The translations under genes and the position numbers were made by a program. The notes beneath the pieces were generated by a model. That model was given only the letters and a program-made list of their open reading frames with translations, ran no database searches and had not been told where the DNA came from. From Minisyncoccota bacterium (lineage in GTDB: Bacteria > Patescibacteriota > Minisyncoccia > Phycocordibacterales > JABAAK01): a stretch of DNA of 64,000 nt. Positions 44,953-54,756 of this stretch are shown here, in pieces (positions within the stretch are counted from its first letter, which is position 1; each line of letters opens with the position of its first letter). The stretch covers positions 365,299-429,298 of the forward strand of contig OZ244141.1 of assembly GCA_965216295.1 (NCBI GenBank), in the 5' to 3' direction.

Positions 44953-45981
44953 CTACAGCACCGTGGCAAGCATTAATCCGAGAACTGCAGTAATTGTGGA
45001 TACAATAGTATAGTACATCACGACTGACGCACCTGGAATACCAATCGCTTCAAAATGGTGATGAAGTGGCGCTATACGAAGCAGTTTTGTCCCTTTCCAT
45101 TTTCGATAGAGAAGCTGAACAACAACAGAAAGCCATGTTACCAAAAGAACGAAACCGATAATAATGCCAACCCAGACGCCCTCACGACCAGCAACACCGT
45201 TTAAAATGGTGAGATAGGCAAACATAAGGGTAATTGGCATCATCCCTGATTCTGTCAGGTATACCCGAGCAGGATTGATATTAAACCAAAGAAAACTTAA
45301 GAGAGCACCCATCATCAAAGTCGACAAAAGAAGTGTTGCGGGGTTACCTTGTATGAACGAAAGAATAGCAAGCGCAAAGAAAGCAACAAAAAAAACAGAG
45401 CTCGACAAACCATCAATGCCATCAATAATACCACTCGCATACCAAGCAACAAACCATAATCCAACAAAAGGAATAATAAAAAGACCAAGATCAATACCAC
45501 TAGAACCAGGAATTCCAATTATCGTTGGGATGAGAGTGTGTGTTGCCCACCCAAAAAGACATCCGATAAGGAATACCACAATAAGACGTTTCGTCAATGA
45601 AAATGTCCCTCCTCGAATACGACCAATATCACGAAGGTCATCATAGATACCAACCATAGTTGCAAGCGCAAAGAGAAGGAGTGCAAGAAAAATAAATTTA
45701 CTGTTCAAAATAAATGCGGTCAGAGAACCGACAATAAGAACTGGAAAAAGAAGGAGACATCCTCCGAGACGCGGCACTGGACTTTTCCCTTCTCCTCGTA
45801 ATTTATTAAACTCAACCGCTTCTGTGCCATACAGTGTTTTCTTTGTATCTGGCTTCCAAATTTTCCGTATGTGAAGCAACCGTATGAGTGTTGGTGCAAA
45901 AAGAAACCCAACAGCAGTCGTGATAATAAAAACGAGACCAGTAAGAAATATCCAGGCAATCACAGTACTACTATAACACAA
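44953..45981 (-). CDS. mraY: Phospho-N-acetylmuramoyl-pentapeptide transferase MraY
   Basis: 'DD...DGIDGL' and 'APLHHHFE' MraY motifs. Polytopic. Confidence 0.9.
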   Translation of the reverse strand: MCYSSTVIAWIFLTGLVFIITTAVGFLFAPTLIRLLHIRKIWKPDTKKTLYGTEAVEFNKLRGEGKSPVPRLGGCLLLFPVLIVGSLTAFILNSKFIFLALLLFALATMVGIYDDLRDIGRIRGGTFSLTKRLIVVFLIGCLFGWATHTLIPTIIGIPGSSGIDLGLFIIPFVGLWFVAWYASGIIDGIDGLSSSVFFVAFFALAILSFIQGNPATLLLSTLMMGALLSFLWFNINPARVYLTESGMMPITLMFAYLTILNGVAGREGVWVGIIIGFVLLVTWLSVVVQLLYRKWKGTKLLRIAPLHHHFEAIGIPGASVVMYYTIVSTITAVLGLMLATVL

Positions 45982-46028
45982 AAGGTTATTTCTCTCACCA
46001 CCAAGGCACTCATGCTATACTCACAACG

Positions 46029-47276
46029 ATGGAAGATCCAAAAGAATACAAAGGGATGCGTTCTTTTACCCCTATCGCGTATGAACGAATTGCAATGGTA
46101 ACTCGTGCTTGGGTAAAAACAGCACGTATGTATGGTTTTAGACAATGTAAAACCCCACTCCTTGATCCAGTAGCACTCTATGAATCCAAAACAAGTGAAG
46201 AGATACTTGCAGAGCAATCATACACTTTCAACGATCGTGATGATAGAAAAGTGATTCTTCGTCCAGAGATGACTCCCGGTATTGTTCGCATGGTAATTGG
46301 TCTTCAGAAGAATAATGAACTATCGAAACCGTATAAACTCTTCACCATCGGTAGTGTCTTTCGCTATGAACGAAAACAGAAACATCGAACAAGAGAACAT
46401 ATTCAGTTCAATGCTGATATTTTCGGTGTTGATGACTTGTGGGCAGATGTAGAAATACTATCTCTTGCGGTGCAGACATTGAAACGTGCTGGCATACCAA
46501 CAACCGGTATTGATATACGCATCAACGACAGAAAAGCATTAGAAAAAACAATACGTAACTGCGGTGTAAAAAAAGAAATCATTCCTCAATTTGTCCGACT
46601 CCTAGATAAACGAGAAAAAGTAGATGACTTTGAAGCTGAGGTAGAAAAACTTGATAGTACTATTGATTTGAAAACAATCGATTGTGCACTAGAAAAACAA
46701 CCTGAATCAGTTAAAACTCTTATCAATCAATTACCGCAAGAGTTCCCTGCAACCTACAGCCCTTCCCTTGTTCGTGGTTTTGACTATTACACAGGTCTTA
46801 TCTTTGAAATATATGCAAAAGAAAAATCAGTGAAACGTTCATTGGTCGGTGGTGGACGATACGATGCGTTGGTGGAACGTCTCGGAGGAAAACCAATGGC
46901 TGCGGTCGGATTTGGTATGGGAGATGTGACGCTTGCGGCACTGCTTGAAGAACAGCAGGAGAAAAACCAACGAGACGCTTTCTCGTCTTCAGTTACCTTC
47001 TTTGTTACTACCGAAGACGGTATGACAGAGGGATATCGGTGTGCTGAAAAACTTCGTCGCGACGATGTCTCTGTAAATTTTGTGGGATACACACCACCAA
47101 AAAAAATAACTGATTGGTATCAACGAGTTGAAAAAGGAGGTGGTACCTACGTTGCTCACCTCAATACAGAAACCATGATACTGACGATAAAAAATGTGAA
47201 AACAAAAGGAGAGGAACAAAAAATAGAATTGACAGATAAATCAATAACAAAAATTGTCAACGCTCTCAAATCATAA
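46029..47276 (+). CDS. hisS: Histidyl-tRNA synthetase
   Basis: Class II motifs 'LRPEMTPGIVRMV', 'FRYERKQKHRTREHIQFNADIFG' and 'GGGRYD', plus a C-terminal anticodon-binding domain. Confidence 0.85.
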   Translation: MEDPKEYKGMRSFTPIAYERIAMVTRAWVKTARMYGFRQCKTPLLDPVALYESKTSEEILAEQSYTFNDRDDRKVILRPEMTPGIVRMVIGLQKNNELSKPYKLFTIGSVFRYERKQKHRTREHIQFNADIFGVDDLWADVEILSLAVQTLKRAGIPTTGIDIRINDRKALEKTIRNCGVKKEIIPQFVRLLDKREKVDDFEAEVEKLDSTIDLKTIDCALEKQPESVKTLINQLPQEFPATYSPSLVRGFDYYTGLIFEIYAKEKSVKRSLVGGGRYDALVERLGGKPMAAVGFGMGDVTLAALLEEQQEKNQRDAFSSSVTFFVTTEDGMTEGYRCAEKLRRDDVSVNFVGYTPPKKITDWYQRVEKGGGTYVAHLNTETMILTIKNVKTKGEEQKIELTDKSITKIVNALKS

Positions 47277-47279
47277 TCT

Positions 47280-47855
47280 ATGAAAGCAATTGTACTAGAC
47301 ATTGAAACAATTGATTTGTTTGACAGTATGCATAAAAAAAAGCCAGAAGATTTATCCATCAGCGTTGTCGGTACCTACCACTACGTAGATGATTCGTACC
47401 ACACCTACACCGTGGAAGAACTTCCAGAACTCTGGAAAGTAATGGAAAACATTGATACCATTATCGGATTTAACTCTAACCACTTTGATATACCATTGTT
47501 GAATAAATATGCTCCTATAGATTTACAAAAATTCCATAGTATTGATATCTTAGCAACAATACGAGAAGCACTTGGCCACCGCATACGACTTGATTGGGTT
47601 GCTAGAGGAACGCTTGGTGTTCAAAAAAGTGGAAAAGGAACAGACGCAGTCACCTGGTGGGCAAAGGGTGAAAAAGAGAAAGTAAAAAAATATTGCCTCG
47701 ATGATGTAAAAATCACAAAACAGGTTTTCGAGTATGGTCGTACCCACAAACATCTTAAATACTACGATCTGGGTTCTGAACGAAAGTTCCCTATTGATAC
47801 CTCTCGTTGGGTAATGCAGGCAAAAACCGAAGCAGAGTATGCACCGCTCTTTTAG
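47280..47855 (+). CDS. DEDDy-type 3'-5' exonuclease (RNase H-like fold)
   Basis: Exo I 'LDIETIDL', Exo II 'IGFNSNHFDIPLL', Exo III 'YCLDDVKITKQVFEY'. Start is 4 bp after the hisS stop. Confidence 0.6.
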   Translation: MKAIVLDIETIDLFDSMHKKKPEDLSISVVGTYHYVDDSYHTYTVEELPELWKVMENIDTIIGFNSNHFDIPLLNKYAPIDLQKFHSIDILATIREALGHRIRLDWVARGTLGVQKSGKGTDAVTWWAKGEKEKVKKYCLDDVKITKQVFEYGRTHKHLKYYDLGSERKFPIDTSRWVMQAKTEAEYAPLF

Positions 47856-47870
47856 TCATATACTGTAAGT

Positions 47871-48581
47871 ATGAGAAGAAGGGTAAGAAATAGGATTATT
47901 GACACATGTATTATTCTCTGCGGCGTCCTCATCGCAAGTGTCATCCTCTACACAGCAGAAAGTGTGCAACTTCGTAATGACACAGCGCTTCCAGAAGAAA
48001 CATACGTTCGACCTGTTACCATCGGCGAAGATATTATTTTTGGAAATCCGAAAGCACAACTCTTTATCGTTGAATATGGTGATCTCCAATGTCCTTACTG
48101 CCAAGAAGCACATCCAAATTTTAAAGAATTCATTCAAGGACCATGGGGTATTTCTGGTAAGGTAGCGTGGGTATGGCGAAACGGTTTTCATATTGATGAA
48201 ATATCAATAGAAAAAGCAGAGACACTAGAATGTCTTCGTATTGTTGCCAAAGATAGTACCGATCAAACTGCCTGGCAGTTTATCGATCGATCTCTCTCAA
48301 AGACACAGGAAGAATCCTATCCAGCAGAAAGGTACAGCACTATTTTCAAACAACTCGGCATTGATCCAAAAGAAATCAACATTTGTAAAAGTAATCAAAT
48401 GGCAAAAGAAGCACTAACCCGTGCAGTACAAGATGTTCTTAAACTCCAAATAGATGAGACGCCGTACATTCAATTCATTGACAGCGATGGGCGTCTTTAT
48501 TTCGATACCAAAGGACTACTCACGGTAGAAAACCTTGAAAAAGTTGTACAAACTATTCTACAAAGCGAAATCCAGACGTAA
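47871..48581 (+). CDS. DsbA-family thiol:disulfide oxidoreductase (membrane-anchored)
   Basis: N-terminal TM and a 'GDLQCPYCQEAHPNF' CPYC active site. DsbA-like helical insertion. Confidence 0.75.
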   Translation: MRRRVRNRIIDTCIILCGVLIASVILYTAESVQLRNDTALPEETYVRPVTIGEDIIFGNPKAQLFIVEYGDLQCPYCQEAHPNFKEFIQGPWGISGKVAWVWRNGFHIDEISIEKAETLECLRIVAKDSTDQTAWQFIDRSLSKTQEESYPAERYSTIFKQLGIDPKEINICKSNQMAKEALTRAVQDVLKLQIDETPYIQFIDSDGRLYFDTKGLLTVENLEKVVQTILQSEIQT

Positions 48582-49926
48582 CACAATCAGCCAGTGAAGC
48601 AATAGGGATCCGTTTTTGTTCCATAGAATCTCGATCTCGCACCGTTACTTTTAAATCATCTAATGTTTCAAAATCAATGGTAATGCAGTATGGTGTCCCA
48701 ATCTCATCTTGACGACGATACCGTTTACCAATTGCTTGGGTTTCATCATACATAACCGTTGTCAAACCACAGAGCAGTTCATATACCTCCTGTGCTTTCT
48801 GTTGTAACTCTGGTTTTTTCATAAGTGGCAATACGGCAATTTGTATTGGTGCAATTGTTGGCTTCAAACGCAACACCACACGTTCACTTCCATCAGGGAG
48901 AGTCTCTGTTGTGTACGCACTATGTAAGACTGCCAAAAAGAGTCGCCCAACGCCGATTGATGTTTCAATGATATGAGGTGTGATGTGTTGATTCTTTTCT
49001 TGATTAAAGTAGGTGAGTTTTTCACCAGATGCTTTCATGTGTTGTTGAAGATCGTAATCTCCCCTATCATGTATCCCCTCAAGTTCCTGCCAACCAAATG
49101 GGTACTGATACTCAATATCAACCGCTTCTTTTGCATAAAATACAAGTTGTTTATGAGGTTTCACACGAAGTGATTCTTCGGGAATACCGAGATCGTAGAG
49201 GGAGTTCAATCGTAATGCTTGAAAATGAGTAAACCATTGTTTCCTCTCTTCCTCCTGAAAGAAAAATTGCATTTCCATTTGTTCAAATTCACGGGTACGA
49301 AAGAGAAATTGACGAGGAGAAATCTCATTACGGAATGCCTTCCCTATCTGTGCGATACCAAATGGCAGTGATGGATGCATTGTATCAACAACATTTTTAA
49401 AGTTAATATATATCCCCTGACATGTCTCACCACGGAGATACACTGGTGATGAATTAGAAGTACCACCAAAATTTGACTCAACCAAAAGATTTTCAAATTG
49501 TGGTTCTCCTAGATCTCCAAAGACACCATCTGGTATCTCTAATTTTTCCCGATGCTTGGCAAATGTCTTTTGTAACTCATCCAACGACGCACTCTCAGAA
49601 ACCTCCACATCAATTGTTTCTAAAAGATGGTCGAGACGATACCTTCGCCCCGTCTTTGTGTTCATCACAAATGCTTCCCTGAAATGACCCGTATGGCCCG
49701 ATGCCTCCCACACTTTGGGATGTAAAAAAATGCCGCTATCAAGACCAACAATGTTTTGCTGTTGTTGCACCATAGCGTGCCACCAATGAGCCTTGATGTT
49801 GTTTGCCAATGCAACACCGATAGGACCATAGTCATAGACTCCACCGAACCCACCATAGAGTTGAGACGATGGATAGACGAAACCACGACGTGCTGCAAAT
49901 ACTGTTATTGTCTCAAGATCAATCAT
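48553..49926 (-). CDS. glyQS: Glycyl-tRNA synthetase (alpha2 dimeric type)
   Basis: 'RRGFVYPSSQLYGGFGGVYDYGPIGV' N-terminus, class II motifs and a C-terminal anticodon-binding domain. Confidence 0.9.
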   Translation of the reverse strand: MIDLETITVFAARRGFVYPSSQLYGGFGGVYDYGPIGVALANNIKAHWWHAMVQQQQNIVGLDSGIFLHPKVWEASGHTGHFREAFVMNTKTGRRYRLDHLLETIDVEVSESASLDELQKTFAKHREKLEIPDGVFGDLGEPQFENLLVESNFGGTSNSSPVYLRGETCQGIYINFKNVVDTMHPSLPFGIAQIGKAFRNEISPRQFLFRTREFEQMEMQFFFQEEERKQWFTHFQALRLNSLYDLGIPEESLRVKPHKQLVFYAKEAVDIEYQYPFGWQELEGIHDRGDYDLQQHMKASGEKLTYFNQEKNQHITPHIIETSIGVGRLFLAVLHSAYTTETLPDGSERVVLRLKPTIAPIQIAVLPLMKKPELQQKAQEVYELLCGLTTVMYDETQAIGKRYRRQDEIGTPYCITIDFETLDDLKVTVRDRDSMEQKRIPIASLADCVTSGFRFVE

Positions 49927-49941
49927 ATCAACGTTATCGTA

Positions 49942-50928
49942 TTATATACCCACCACCCCTGTAGCAGAAACTGGCCCAATCGTTTCTTCTGGGTTTTGTG
50001 TTGGTGGTATTTCTCCTGTCAGGAGTGCTTTTGCTATATCAAACAACACGAGCATATCATCAAAACGACCCCGTTTGGTAGAACCAAGAACAACAGCAGC
50101 GATGAGGTGGCCAGGGAGAACCTCAACCACCATAACGAGAGTACCACCAGCAATATCAGTGTATCCCGTTTTAGAAAGGTAGACAGGATATTCAAGTGTG
50201 CCCACTAACTTATTAGTGTTTTCAGCAATATATTTTTCACCTGAAAGTGAATAGAATGATTCTTCTTTCTTTGATGTCTCTGAGGCAAACTGTGGTGCTA
50301 ACTGAAAGAAGAGTCGTGCAGTCATAGCAATATCGTATGCAGAACTTTCAGAACCAGATAATGAACCGTGAGCATCAAGCCCTGTTTCATTAATGAAGTG
50401 TGTTTGTACCAATCTGTGAGTACGGGCAAAGGAATTCATTTTATCAACAAGTTTCTCACCCACCTTTTCGTGAATGGTTCTCCCTACCGAATGAATACCT
50501 AGGTTTGATGAGGTAATGAGAGAGTACTTGAGTAACTCTAAACTACCCCAACGGCTGTTTTTTCGTAGTGAAGTGCTTGCTGCAACAGCGTTATTCGCAT
50601 CAGTAATCTCAGAAACATCATCAACCGAAAGGAGTGGATAGGCAGTGACCACCGCAGTCAGTTTAGTAATGGAAGCAATGGGCATTGGAATGAAAGGATT
50701 TTTTTGTGCAAGAATATGAGAATCAGAAAGATCATAGATAATAGCAGAAGTTCCTTGAATTTCATCTTCAATGGTGTAGACAACTGGTGGTTTCTTTTCA
50801 ATAACCTCAAAGGGTTTGTTGTGTGATATATGCGATGCAACCCCTATCATGGAAAACAGGAAAAAGACAAGAAACACAATGACGAGTGGACGACAGAGTA
50901 CGATGTATAGTTTCTTTTTGAATAACAT
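49942..50928 (-). CDS. D-alanyl-D-alanine carboxypeptidase (PBP5/S11 family)
   Basis: N-terminal TM. SxxK 'IASITKLTAV', SxN 'ITSSNLG', KTG 'SKTGYTD'. Confidence 0.8.
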   Translation of the reverse strand: MLFKKKLYIVLCRPLVIVFLVFFLFSMIGVASHISHNKPFEVIEKKPPVVYTIEDEIQGTSAIIYDLSDSHILAQKNPFIPMPIASITKLTAVVTAYPLLSVDDVSEITDANNAVAASTSLRKNSRWGSLELLKYSLITSSNLGIHSVGRTIHEKVGEKLVDKMNSFARTHRLVQTHFINETGLDAHGSLSGSESSAYDIAMTARLFFQLAPQFASETSKKEESFYSLSGEKYIAENTNKLVGTLEYPVYLSKTGYTDIAGGTLVMVVEVLPGHLIAAVVLGSTKRGRFDDMLVLFDIAKALLTGEIPPTQNPEETIGPVSATGVVGI

Positions 50929-50934
50929 ATATAA

Positions 50935-51498
50935 TTAGTGTTGCTTTTCTTTCGATGACTCTGTGTCACCTCCCTGCATCCTCTGCTGTATTGCATGAAG
51001 TCCTTCAAGAATATGACTACGAATGGTGTCATACCCTTTCAATTCTGTCACGTGTTGTACGGCAAGATGTTGCAACAGAGTAACGGTAACGGAGAAGAGA
51101 TGATCATTACCACTATCGTGTTCTTGGATAAGTCCTCGTATCAAGAGACGACGTAGAGTTAGGTGTGTGTTCACCCCTCGCAAAAAATCTATATCACGTT
51201 TAGCAATTGGTCCTGCATAGGTAATAATAGAGAGTGTTTCTCGCACTGCATTTGAAAGTTCTCCCTGTGCTTCTTCTTTTTCAAGTTGCTTGAGAGATGA
51301 AGCAAGAGATGGATTGGTTGTCAGAGCAAGTGTCGTTCCGTCATCGACGATGACAACACCACGTTCATTGTACTTCGCTTTTAAAGCGTTGATAGGTTCT
51401 TCAAGTGAAGCAACTGGACACTGCAATAGTGTTGCAAGTCGCCTGCGACTGACAGGACCACCTTCGGTAAAAAGTATCGCTTCGAGAAGAGGTTCCAT
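50935..51498 (-). CDS. scpB: Segregation and condensation protein B
   Basis: 'LLEAILFTEGGPVSRRRLATLL' winged-helix motif typical of ScpB. Adjacent to scpA. Confidence 0.85.
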   Translation of the reverse strand: MEPLLEAILFTEGGPVSRRRLATLLQCPVASLEEPINALKAKYNERGVVIVDDGTTLALTTNPSLASSLKQLEKEEAQGELSNAVRETLSIITYAGPIAKRDIDFLRGVNTHLTLRRLLIRGLIQEHDSGNDHLFSVTVTLLQHLAVQHVTELKGYDTIRSHILEGLHAIQQRMQGGDTESSKEKQH

Positions 51499-51508
51499 AT
51501 ATCTTATA

Positions 51509-52255
51509 TTATGATGATGTTACCGTATCTGCATTTGTTTTTCCATTTGATGGCGCTGTGTGGTGCATAGTAATATCGGCAAACTGTTTCTCTTGTGCAA
51601 CATTGAGAATATTTTTTCGTACCAATTCAAGTACTGCCAAAAAAGACACTATCGTTTCATGCCTATCAACCTTGTCAGTCATCTCACGAAATGAAATGGC
51701 AATTCTTTTTTGAACTGTTTGTAGTGTTCGATTGATAGCATCTTCAAGGGTGATCAATCGTTTCACCACTTTTTTCGGCACTTCGCGGAAAAACGCAATA
51801 TCATCAAGAACTCTTTTTACATACGTATACAAACCCTCCTGTGTACAGAAACTATCAGGAGCAAAAGAAACGACCCGTTCACGCTTCTGTGGTGACACGA
51901 ATAGAGAAGTTCGACGCCAATTGGAAAACGCTGGCATAGCATTCTTGTGAATGTATGCGTAGAGTTGTAAACGAGAGGTAAGACTTTCTACGTCAGTTTT
52001 CTCCTCTTCTGTGTATTCAAGTATCGGTAGAAGTGATTTTGATTTTATCAACACCAACGTTGAAGCAACAAGAATAAATTGAGCGATTTGTTCAGGCGGT
52101 ATGTTCTGGTGAGAACGCAGGTACGCAAGGTATCCATCGGTGATAGCGGCAAGAGAGACAGTATTAATTTGTAACTTCCTTTTTTCAATGAGACTATAGA
52201 GTGTTTCAAGTGGTCCCTCAAACTTCTCTACCGTTACTGTATACACGCTCTCCAT
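51509..52255 (-). CDS. scpA: Segregation and condensation protein A
   Basis: 'VTVEKFEGPLETLYSLIEKRKLQINTVSLAAITDGYLAYL' matches the ScpA N-terminus. Confidence 0.85.
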   Translation of the reverse strand: MESVYTVTVEKFEGPLETLYSLIEKRKLQINTVSLAAITDGYLAYLRSHQNIPPEQIAQFILVASTLVLIKSKSLLPILEYTEEEKTDVESLTSRLQLYAYIHKNAMPAFSNWRRTSLFVSPQKRERVVSFAPDSFCTQEGLYTYVKRVLDDIAFFREVPKKVVKRLITLEDAINRTLQTVQKRIAISFREMTDKVDRHETIVSFLAVLELVRKNILNVAQEKQFADITMHHTAPSNGKTNADTVTSS

Positions 52256-52258
52256 AGA

Positions 52259-53266
52259 CTATAGTGTTAACCCAACCGCCTTCTTTATCTGTTCCAACTT
52301 CTCTTCCACTTGCTTACGGACAATCTGTTTGTCTTTCTCTATCCTTTGCATAACATCGCTGTCGCTGTGCCGATATGTCTCATAGGAATGACGGAATGGT
52401 CCAAAGTAATCAAGATGTGCTTGCAAAAGCGTCTCTTTGAGACTTTTGTAATCTGTCTTTCCACCCTCACAAACTCGTTGCACATCGGTATACTTCTCAT
52501 CAGAAAGCAATAGTTTGAGAAGTTGACAGACAGTACCGTGAGAATCAAGTGGTTTTCCAAGAGGTGTTGAGTCAGTCACAATAGTGGCAATTTGTTTTTC
52601 AATAACATCCTCTTCGGCAAACAGAGAGATAGTATTGCTGTATGATTTACTCATCTTACGTCCATCAGTTCCCATCACTTCCATTGACTGGGAGGAAAGA
52701 TTGCCTGCCTGTGGTTCTTTGAAAAGTGTTTCATTAGACGAATATGCATCATTAAACTTGCGAACAATATCACGAGTAACTTCAAGATGTTGTAGTTGAT
52801 CATGTCCTACAGGCACAACATCTGCGTCCATGATAAGGATATCAGCAGCCATAAGTGTTGGGTATAAAAGCACACCCGCTCTCACTTTCTCATCCAATCC
52901 CTGTTGAGCACTATCTTTAAAAGCATGACCACGTTTCAAGTACGGTACTGTCAAAAGAGAGGTAAAAAGCCATGCAAGTGCTGTAATCTCTGGAAAATCA
53001 GATTGACGATACAGAACAATGTTTTTAACATCACCACAAAAGACATAGTAAGCGGTGAGAATATGACGAGTATACTCACGCAACTGTTCTGCTGTTACTT
53101 CATCAGTCGTTACCGCATGGAGATCTGCGATAAAAAGATAAACAGTGCTCTCTGGATACTTCTTTGCATATTGAAGTATTCCCTGCAAGGCACCAAAATA
53201 GTTACCAATATGCAATTCACCTGTCGGTTTAATGCCAGTGAGTATTACTTGCGGAGCAACTGCCAT
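52259..53266 (-). CDS. trpS: Tryptophanyl-tRNA synthetase
   Basis: 'TGIKPTGELHIGNYFGA' HIGH motif, 'KMSKS', 'GHDQLQH'. Confidence 0.9.
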   Translation of the reverse strand: MAVAPQVILTGIKPTGELHIGNYFGALQGILQYAKKYPESTVYLFIADLHAVTTDEVTAEQLREYTRHILTAYYVFCGDVKNIVLYRQSDFPEITALAWLFTSLLTVPYLKRGHAFKDSAQQGLDEKVRAGVLLYPTLMAADILIMDADVVPVGHDQLQHLEVTRDIVRKFNDAYSSNETLFKEPQAGNLSSQSMEVMGTDGRKMSKSYSNTISLFAEEDVIEKQIATIVTDSTPLGKPLDSHGTVCQLLKLLLSDEKYTDVQRVCEGGKTDYKSLKETLLQAHLDYFGPFRHSYETYRHSDSDVMQRIEKDKQIVRKQVEEKLEQIKKAVGLTL

Positions 53267-53269
53267 ATG

Positions 53270-53887
53270 CTATATGTTTAACGCCATGAAAAAGAGGATA
53301 AGTGGAAGGAGGTAATGGAGAAAAATATACTCTTGTGGTTGAAAGACAGCGTCGAGAAAAGAAGTAGAATTGAGTAATTCACCTGCAGGAATGAGATGGA
53401 AGATAACGGTGAGAAAGAGAATGGCCAGCGCAATACCTAAAAACAACCCTTCAATAAAACTAGTTTGAATGTGACGAGCAAAATAATCATTGAGTACATT
53501 TTGTATCAAAACAACAACAAAAATGTACACCAAAACAAACACTATCAATTTGCCAAAAAATGAACTAACAATGGTATTACTGAGCCACGCTTGAGGAATT
53601 GCCTGGTACAACACCACAGCTGGATAAAAACCGAGAATGGTTGAAGCTGCAAGAGGACGGTTTAAGACAGAAATCACTCCAGAGAGAATAATAATTCCAA
53701 GAACAATAATCCACAGTGTGAACGTATTCAGTTGTAACAGCATAGGGCTATACAATTCCGAAAAAAAATCCAAACTTGCTGCCGACGCTGTAAATAAACC
53801 AGTAGATATTTCCATTACCACAGTATACCAACACTGTGTCACTATTAACAGAAACGTTTTACCAACCCTCTTTTTCCAAAATAGCAA
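53270..53887 (-). CDS. Polytopic membrane hypothetical protein (possible CvpA-like)
   Basis: ~5 TM helices. No motif. Overlaps the dnaJ-like start by ~29 bp, so the start may be internal. Confidence 0.35.
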   Translation of the reverse strand: MLFWKKRVGKTFLLIVTQCWYTVVMEISTGLFTASAASLDFFSELYSPMLLQLNTFTLWIIVLGIIILSGVISVLNRPLAASTILGFYPAVVLYQAIPQAWLSNTIVSSFFGKLIVFVLVYIFVVVLIQNVLNDYFARHIQTSFIEGLFLGIALAILFLTVIFHLIPAGELLNSTSFLDAVFQPQEYIFLHYLLPLILFFMALNI

Positions 53888-54722
53888 ATGCTTCTTTCAC
53901 CTTACTTGAGGTATTTGTGGGAAATGTCACACGACACACAATTAAGAGACGTCCTGTTCCGTGTGGTTGTGGTATACCATGACCATCAAGGCTAATAATA
54001 GTGCCATCTTTGCTCCCTTTCGGAACAGTAACTGTGAGGTTATTTTCTTGCACATCCTGTATTTGTTTTTGCGTACCAAGTATTGCTTCAGTGAAACGAA
54101 GATCAAGTGTATATAATAATTCGCCTTGTTGTTTTCTGAAGTGTGCGTGTGGCGTAACAGTCATACGAATAATTAAATCACCACTCGGTAATCCTTGCTC
54201 TTCTGGAGGCTCACCTCTTCCTGATACCTGAATCTGCATACCTGACTCAACACCAGGTGGTATGGTAAAAGAAATTTTCTCAGCAGTTTTTCTACGATAC
54301 GGAATGAGCATTTCTTTTTGTGTACCGTATACAGATTCTTTAAAGGAAATAGTAGTGTCAATATTAATATCTCGCCCACGTGCACGCATGGTACGAAAAA
54401 TCTTATGAAATATACCTCCCATACCATCATCCGCGTTAAAATTGGCAGAGAATCCGCCGCCACCGTTTGTAAATATATCTTCAAAACCGCCACTGTAGTT
54501 ACCGCCTCCTCTCTGACCAGTGGTGCCAAAAGCATCATACTGTTGTCGTTTCTTAGCATCTGAGAGTACCTGGTATGCTTCATTAATCTCTTTAAACTTC
54601 TTTTCATCACCACCTTTTTTATCAGGGTGATATTTATGAGCAAGTTTGCGAAATGTCTGACGAATCTCAGATTCGCTCGCATCTCTTTTAATACCTAATA
54701 TTGAGTAATAATCTTTCTGCAT
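53859..54722 (-). CDS. dnaJ: DnaJ-class co-chaperone, type II (J-domain + G/F + CTD, no Zn-finger)
   Basis: 'DYYSILGIKRDASESEIRQTFRKLAHKYHPDK' J-domain, then a Gly-rich linker. No CxxCxGxG repeats. Confidence 0.8.
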   Translation of the reverse strand: MQKDYYSILGIKRDASESEIRQTFRKLAHKYHPDKKGGDEKKFKEINEAYQVLSDAKKRQQYDAFGTTGQRGGGNYSGGFEDIFTNGGGGFSANFNADDGMGGIFHKIFRTMRARGRDINIDTTISFKESVYGTQKEMLIPYRRKTAEKISFTIPPGVESGMQIQVSGRGEPPEEQGLPSGDLIIRMTVTPHAHFRKQQGELLYTLDLRFTEAILGTQKQIQDVQENNLTVTVPKGSKDGTIISLDGHGIPQPHGTGRLLIVCRVTFPTNTSSKVKEAFAILEKEGW

Positions 54723-54756
54723 ACTCTACTTCCCCACATCCATTGTGGCAGTATAC

